A DNA stretch of 11,283 nucleotides from Candidatus Krumholzibacteriia bacterium (GTDB lineage: Bacteria > Krumholzibacteriota > Krumholzibacteriia > WVZY01), in contig JBHHVD010000095.1 of NCBI GenBank assembly GCA_046754105.1, forward strand, positions 1 through 11,283, written 5' to 3'. Shown here in pieces: positions 6,902-11,283 of the stretch. Below the pieces are notes generated by a model. The model did not search any database and had not been told where the DNA came from. It saw nothing but the letters and a program-made list of their open reading frames with translations. The translations under genes and the position numbers were made by a program. Each line of letters opens with the position of its first letter. The first letter of the stretch is position 1.

Positions 6902-6974
6902 AAAGGGCTCGGGGGCAGCCTCCAGAATAAGTGATCACCCCCCCTACTTATTCTTTGTTCCGGAGCCCTTTTTT
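6902..6974 (+). terminator. Long terminator-like hairpin with U-tract (3' end of a candidate sRNA or attenuator)
   Basis: AAAGGGCTC (6902-6910) pairs with GAGCCCTTT (6963-6971), GGGGCA pairs with TGTTCC (two G-U), and AGAATAAGT (6924-6932) pairs with ACTTATTCT (6946-6954). Loop GATCACCCCCCCT; T6 run at 6969-6974. Confidence 0.6.
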
Positions 6975-7121
6975 GTTACCCTCCAGTGTAGTACCCCATT
7001 GACCCGCCCGCCGCGGCGGGGGACCGCAGGGGGCACGGTCGCATTTTCCCGAAAATTCCGTAGATATACGTGATTTTTTTCCCGAGATTGCCTATATTGT
7101 CTAGCACCTTGCATCTGGCAT

Positions 7122-7135
7122 TTGACTTGCGTCAA
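7122..7135. promoter_or_regulatory. FNR/CRP-family-like operator palindrome
   Basis: TTGAC-TTGC-GTCAA, a perfect dyad with the geometry of the FNR box TTGAT-N4-ATCAA, 20 nt upstream of the korA start. Confidence 0.5.
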
Positions 7136-7155
7136 GTTTTTGGTTGGGAGAGAAG

Positions 7156-8883
7156 ATGGCCCGTCGCGACATCACAGTCAGAGTAGCCGGCGAAGGCGGA
7201 GAGGGCGTCATCAGTGTGGCCGGAATCCTGACCCGCTCGGCCGCCAACGCCGCCTGGAAGGTCTTTACCTTCCGCTCGTACCCCGCCGAGATCAAGGGCG
7301 GCCTGGCCATGATGCAGGTGCGGATCAACACGGCGGCCGTGCAGTCTATCGGCATGGAAGCCGACATCCTCATGGCCTTCAACCAGGAGGCCATCGACGT
7401 CTGGGGTGACCGTATCGCCCCGAACGGCGTCGTCCTCTACGACCCCAAGCATTGCGAGATTCCCGAAGGTTTTTCCCATAAAGCGGTGCCCGTGCCGCTG
7501 CACGAGACGGCGATGGCGGAGACGGGCGGGCGGATGAGCAAGAATATCGTGGCCCTCGCAGCGCTGACCCGCATGCTCGCCGTGCCGCCGGACAGGGTAA
7601 AGGAGCTGATCGTCGCCCGTTTCAAACGCAAGGGCGAGGACGTCCTTGAGAGGAACATGAAGGCCTTCGAGGCCGGCTTGGGTTTGCTGGAGGGGATGCC
7701 CGAGGTGTCCGAGTACGCGCTCGAGCCCCCCAGTGTCAAGGCCGAAGAAAAGATCATCATATCCGGCAACCAGGCCGTAGGCATGGGCGCCCTCGCCGCC
7801 GGCTGCGGTTTCGTGGCGGGGTATCCGATCACGCCCGCGACACCGATCCTCGAGTTCATGATGAAATACCTGCCCGCCCTCGGCGGCAACGTCGTGCAGG
7901 CGGAAGACGAGATTGCGGCCATCGCCTCGGTGCTCGGTGCGTCGTTCGCGGGCAAGAAGGCGATGACGGCAACCTCGGGGCCGGGCCTGTGCCTGATGAG
8001 CGAGCTCATCGGCATGGCCTCGATGTCCGAGCTGCCGCTGGTCATCGTGGACGTGCAGCGCAGCGGTCCCGGCACCGGCATGCCGACCAAGAGCGAGCAG
8101 GCAGACCTCATGTACGCACTCCACGGCACCGCCGGCGAAGCGCCACGGATCGTGCTGGCGCCGACCAGCATCGAGGATTGTTTCTACCAGACGATCGAGG
8201 CATTCAACCTTGCGGAACGTTTTCAGATGCCCGTGATCCTGTTGACCGACCAGGCGATGGCCTACCGGACGCAGTCGGTGGCCATTCCCGACATGACCCG
8301 CCTCAAGGTCACCGGACGCGACGTGCCGGGCGACGGCGCGGTGGCGGGATACGACCGCTACCTCGATACCGAGTCGGGCGTGTCGCCGATGACCATACCG
8401 GGGACGGAAGACGGTATGTACGTCGCCACCGGCCTCGAGCACGACGAGCACGGTGCACCGGACTACACGCCGGAGAACCGGGTGCGGGCCACGGCCAAGC
8501 GCTACCGCAAGCTGGAGACGCTGGGCAGGGAGCTCGACGCCAACGGCAGCGGCGTGTGCGACCCGGCGCAGGGAGCCAAAGTGGGGATCATCGGCTGGGG
8601 GTCTACGGAAGGGCCGATCAAGGAGGCTATCGCGCGGGCGAACGAACAGGGGACGAGGGTGGCCCACCTGCAGCCCAAGGTGCTGATGCCGCTGGCGCAG
8701 AAAAAGATCAAGGAGTTCCTGAAGCCGTTGAAAAAGGTCCTCGTGGTCGAAGAAAACCACACGTCCCAGTTCTCCAGGTATCTCAGGTCGAATTTCAAAA
8801 TGGATCCCGTTGATGTCAACAAGTGCACGGGTTTTCCGTTCACCGGTGATGAAGTGTACGAGGCGCTCAAGAAGCATCTGTGA
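7156..8883 (+). CDS. korA: 2-oxoacid:ferredoxin (acceptor) oxidoreductase subunit alpha (fused gamma-alpha type)
   Basis: N-terminal gamma-like domain (AGEGGEGVIS, SYPAEIKGG), then GNQAVGMGA, GYPITPAT, QAEDEIAA, ATSGPGL, QRSGPGTGMPTK, GWGST and VVEEN. ATG 7156 follows GGGAG. The substrate (2-oxoglutarate versus broad specificity) cannot be determined by eye. Confidence 0.95.
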   Translation: MARRDITVRVAGEGGEGVISVAGILTRSAANAAWKVFTFRSYPAEIKGGLAMMQVRINTAAVQSIGMEADILMAFNQEAIDVWGDRIAPNGVVLYDPKHCEIPEGFSHKAVPVPLHETAMAETGGRMSKNIVALAALTRMLAVPPDRVKELIVARFKRKGEDVLERNMKAFEAGLGLLEGMPEVSEYALEPPSVKAEEKIIISGNQAVGMGALAAGCGFVAGYPITPATPILEFMMKYLPALGGNVVQAEDEIAAIASVLGASFAGKKAMTATSGPGLCLMSELIGMASMSELPLVIVDVQRSGPGTGMPTKSEQADLMYALHGTAGEAPRIVLAPTSIEDCFYQTIEAFNLAERFQMPVILLTDQAMAYRTQSVAIPDMTRLKVTGRDVPGDGAVAGYDRYLDTESGVSPMTIPGTEDGMYVATGLEHDEHGAPDYTPENRVRATAKRYRKLETLGRELDANGSGVCDPAQGAKVGIIGWGSTEGPIKEAIARANEQGTRVAHLQPKVLMPLAQKKIKEFLKPLKKVLVVEENHTSQFSRYLRSNFKMDPVDVNKCTGFPFTGDEVYEALKKHL

Positions 8884-8912
8884 CGTAACACCCGCGCAAG
8901 GAGCGAGACTGC

Positions 8913-9773
8913 ATGTCCCAGCAAACCGTCCTCAAGCCCAAAGACTACAAGAGCGATATCACGCCCATCTGGTGCCCCGGCTGTGGAGACTTCGGCGACC
9001 TCGCCGCGTTCACCCAGGCCATGGCCGCCATGGAAGTCGATCCCAAGGACCTCGTCATCGTATCCGGCATCGGCTGTTCGGGCCGCTTCTCCCATTTCGT
9101 CAAGTGTTACGCCTACCACACCGCCCACGGACGTGCCGTGCCGACGGCCGTCGGGGTCAAGACGGCCAACCCTGACCTGCACGTGTTCGTCGTCGGCGGC
9201 GACGGCGACGGGCTCTCGATCGGCGGCGGCCACCTGCCGCACGCCGCCCGGCGCAACCCCGACATCACCTACCTGCTACTCGACAACAGCATCTACGGAC
9301 TGACCAAGGGCCAGAGCTCACCCACCTCGCCGCTCGGGATGGTCACCCGGACCTCGCCCTTCGGCATGCAGGACCCGCCGCTCGATCCGGTGTTGATGTT
9401 TCTCTCCTACGGGTTCACGTTTGTCGCCCGCGCGTTTTCGTCGAACGTCAAGCAACTCTCGCGACTCCTGACCGAGGCGGTCGCGCACAAGGGATTCTCG
9501 ATCATCCAGCTCATCTCACCCTGCCCGACCTTCAACCAGGTCGTCACCTTTGATTTTATGAAGGCGAACGTGGCCGATATCCCCGAAGACCATGACCCGG
9601 GCGACCTCGACGCCGCCTTCCGCCTGGCGCTCGACAAAGAGCGGGTGAACACGGGCATCTTCTACCGGACCGAAGCGCCGACCCTGGAAGAGAAACTCGC
9701 GTTCCAGCGAGAAGAATCCGCGCACCGCGAGCCGGGAACGGTCGACGAGATCTTTCAACAGTTCCTCTTGTAG
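8913..9773 (+). CDS. korB: 2-oxoacid:ferredoxin oxidoreductase subunit beta (TPP-binding)
   Basis: WCPGCG, SGIGCS, HGRA, TPP motif GGDGDGLSIGGGH...DNSIYGLTKGQ and SPCPTFN. SD AAGGAG upstream. Confidence 0.96.
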   Translation: MSQQTVLKPKDYKSDITPIWCPGCGDFGDLAAFTQAMAAMEVDPKDLVIVSGIGCSGRFSHFVKCYAYHTAHGRAVPTAVGVKTANPDLHVFVVGGDGDGLSIGGGHLPHAARRNPDITYLLLDNSIYGLTKGQSSPTSPLGMVTRTSPFGMQDPPLDPVLMFLSYGFTFVARAFSSNVKQLSRLLTEAVAHKGFSIIQLISPCPTFNQVVTFDFMKANVADIPEDHDPGDLDAAFRLALDKERVNTGIFYRTEAPTLEEKLAFQREESAHREPGTVDEIFQQFLL

Positions 9774-9830
9774 CTCTCCGGATACGCGTTGTGGGTACAC
9801 ACGGGCGCGGCTTCGTGGTACAACCAGTAC

Positions 9831-10346
9831 ATGGATCCTTCACTCGTCATTTTTCTGCACAGCCACCGGTACGACCGTCTGTACCAGGCGGCGAGCCTCC
9901 TGCTGGCCGCCTCGGCCATGGGGTGGCGGTGCCACCTGTTCCTCTTCCACGGCGCGCTGGCTTCGTACGTGGCCGGCACCTGGGACGAGCGCAATATCAC
10001 CGGGCCGCCCTCCGGCGGAACCGGCGCACCCGGGCAGGCGCCCGGAGAGTCAGCGGCAGCAACGGCGGCGACGGCCCCGGAGTCCGCGGCGTTGGGGCGG
10101 GTGGCGTGGCCCGAGTGGGCGCAGCGGCTCCAGGACGGTTTCGATGCGGGGAACTTTCGCTCGCTCTATTGGATGGTGGAAAAGGCGGCGGGTGAGAGCG
10201 GCGGGTTGAAGATACTGGCGTGCAGCACGTCCTGCCGGTTGTTGGAACTGGACCTGGCCGGAGTGCGGAAAAAAGTGGACGAAGTCGTCGGCCTGCCGAC
10301 GATGATGAAGATCGCAGAGAGCGCACGGCACGCGTTGTACATCTAA
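9831..10346 (+). CDS. DsrE/DsrF/DrsH-like family protein (putative sulfur-relay or peroxiredoxin-like protein)
   Basis: Pattern LVIFLHS...LLAASAMGWRCHLFLFHGAL...GLKILACSTSC...VDEVVGLPTMM...ALYI matches the DsrE2-like fold, including the conserved AC cysteine. ATG 9831 is preferred over TTG 9789 because family resemblance begins there. Confidence 0.75.
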   Translation: MDPSLVIFLHSHRYDRLYQAASLLLAASAMGWRCHLFLFHGALASYVAGTWDERNITGPPSGGTGAPGQAPGESAAATAATAPESAALGRVAWPEWAQRLQDGFDAGNFRSLYWMVEKAAGESGGLKILACSTSCRLLELDLAGVRKKVDEVVGLPTMMKIAESARHALYI

Positions 10347-10374
10347 CCTCGATACGTCGCCAAAGAATGCCCGT

Positions 10375-11283
10375 CTAGAACGTAGCCGCTACGAAGTGCA
10401 AGTCGTAACGAACGTCGTCGGTGCGGCCCGCCCCTCGCGGGAACGAGATATCGAAGCGCAGGTTCGATGCCGCGCCGAACGGGCCGAAGTAGAGCTGCAG
10501 GCCGACTCCGAACGAATAGAGGGCGGAATCGGCGCTACCCCGCCATACGCGCCCCGCGTCCGCCCAGGTCACCGGTTGCAGGGACAGGTGGCGCAGCAGC
10601 GGCACGCGCGCTCTCGCAAGAACGTTGTACGGCAGCGGGTACTCGAGGCGGCCGGCGAGCGATGTTTCGCCCACGCGGCTGCGGCGGTCGTAGCCGCGGA
10701 CGGTGCTGAGCCCGCCGATGTCGGCCAGACGCTGCACGGGCGGGTTGCCTCCGACGGTCACGAATCCGATGGATAGAATTCCTTCGTGACGGCCGATGAC
10801 ATGCCGCCGGTATCGGAGCGAGGCGTCCGTGCGTGCGTATTCGAAGTCGCCGCCGAGAGCGCCGCCCGCGAGCCGCGCGCCCAGCGACGCCCGAAGGCGG
10901 GACGTTCCCTCGGGCGACCACGATACGCCCAAAGTCGCTGCCCGATCCGCGCCGTCTCCGACCGGCGCGTTGAAACGGTCGATCTTGTCCACGATGGCAA
11001 AATCCACGCGCCCCCCGATGCTGCGTTCGTGCGCCGTCTCGAACCCGGCGGCCACTCCGAACCCCGACCGGTGACTCAGCGTGAACGCAGCGCCGCCGCC
11101 TTCGCGCTCGAGATAGTCACGCCGGTCGGCGCCGCCCAGGAGCGCGCGCACTCCGTTCCACGGCGGCCGGTTGGATCCGTAGGGCACGACCCGCTCCCCC
11201 CAGTCGGCGGAAAGACCCGCCTGCCAGCTCCCGCGCCGCACCGGCACCGTGATCCTTTCGTAGTGGCGAATCGACTTCGTTCC
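10375..11283 (-). CDS. BamA/TamA/Omp85-family outer-membrane beta-barrel protein; C-terminal part only (5' end beyond the right edge)
   Basis: The frame stays open from 11283 (GTKSIRHYERITVPVRR...). Amphipathic beta-strands, loop-6 motif IGGLSTVRGY, W/F-x-DAGRVW, SFGVGL and a C-terminal Phe. Confidence 0.8.
   Translation of the reverse strand, partial: GTKSIRHYERITVPVRRGSWQAGLSADWGERVVPYGSNRPPWNGVRALLGGADRRDYLEREGGGAAFTLSHRSGFGVAAGFETAHERSIGGRVDFAIVDKIDRFNAPVGDGADRAATLGVSWSPEGTSRLRASLGARLAGGALGGDFEYARTDASLRYRRHVIGRHEGILSIGFVTVGGNPPVQRLADIGGLSTVRGYDRRSRVGETSLAGRLEYPLPYNVLARARVPLLRHLSLQPVTWADAGRVWRGSADSALYSFGVGLQLYFGPFGAASNLRFDISFPRGAGRTDDVRYDLHFVAATF

Noticed and set aside
6738..6938. Small ORFs in the ribD-korA intergenic region (6738-6938 -, 6709-6891 +, 6944-7135 -)
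   Set aside because: No correctly spaced SD, no recognisable protein features, and they overlap promoter and hairpin elements.
7132..8877. Long antisense and alternative-frame ORFs (e.g. 581 aa opposite korA; also 3111-4277, 1709-2422, 5007-5771, 6099-6836)
   Set aside because: They shadow well-supported genes and show no family motifs. Long antisense frames are expected from high-GC codon bias.
1..11283. A single novel multi-gene system, mobile element or CRISPR array
   Set aside because: Genes alternate in orientation, most have their own promoter-like signals, and they belong to unrelated housekeeping families. No integrase, transposase, repeat-spacer array or tRNA was seen.

Overview
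GC-rich bacterial chromosomal segment, probably from a diderm (it encodes a lipoprotein and an Omp85-type barrel), made up mostly of recognisable housekeeping genes. In order: a BtuF/TroA-like binding protein cut by the left edge (-, absent from the ORF track), uvrC (+), a 7-blade beta-propeller lipoprotein (+), an M24B Xaa-Pro peptidase (-), a PHP-family phosphoesterase (+), a RibD-C/DHFR-like reductase (-), a 2-oxoacid:ferredoxin oxidoreductase alpha/beta pair (+), a DsrE-like protein (+) and a BamA/Omp85-family barrel cut by the right edge (-). I see no mobile element, CRISPR array, tRNA/rRNA or convincing novel multi-gene system. The unexplained signal is in the intergenic DNA: (i) a ~125-nt long hairpin (399-523) next to back-to-back TATAAT boxes; (ii) a candidate sRNA or attenuator upstream of korAB (about 6834-6974) with an anti-Shine-Dalgarno-like loop and a competing helix; (iii) a 79-bp remnant that looks like the two ends of an internally deleted bcp peroxiredoxin gene (5956-6034); (iv) several operator-like palindromes, including an FNR-type box before korA; and (v) a probably leaderless dsrE-like gene. 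All family calls rest on motif recognition by eye, not on database searches.
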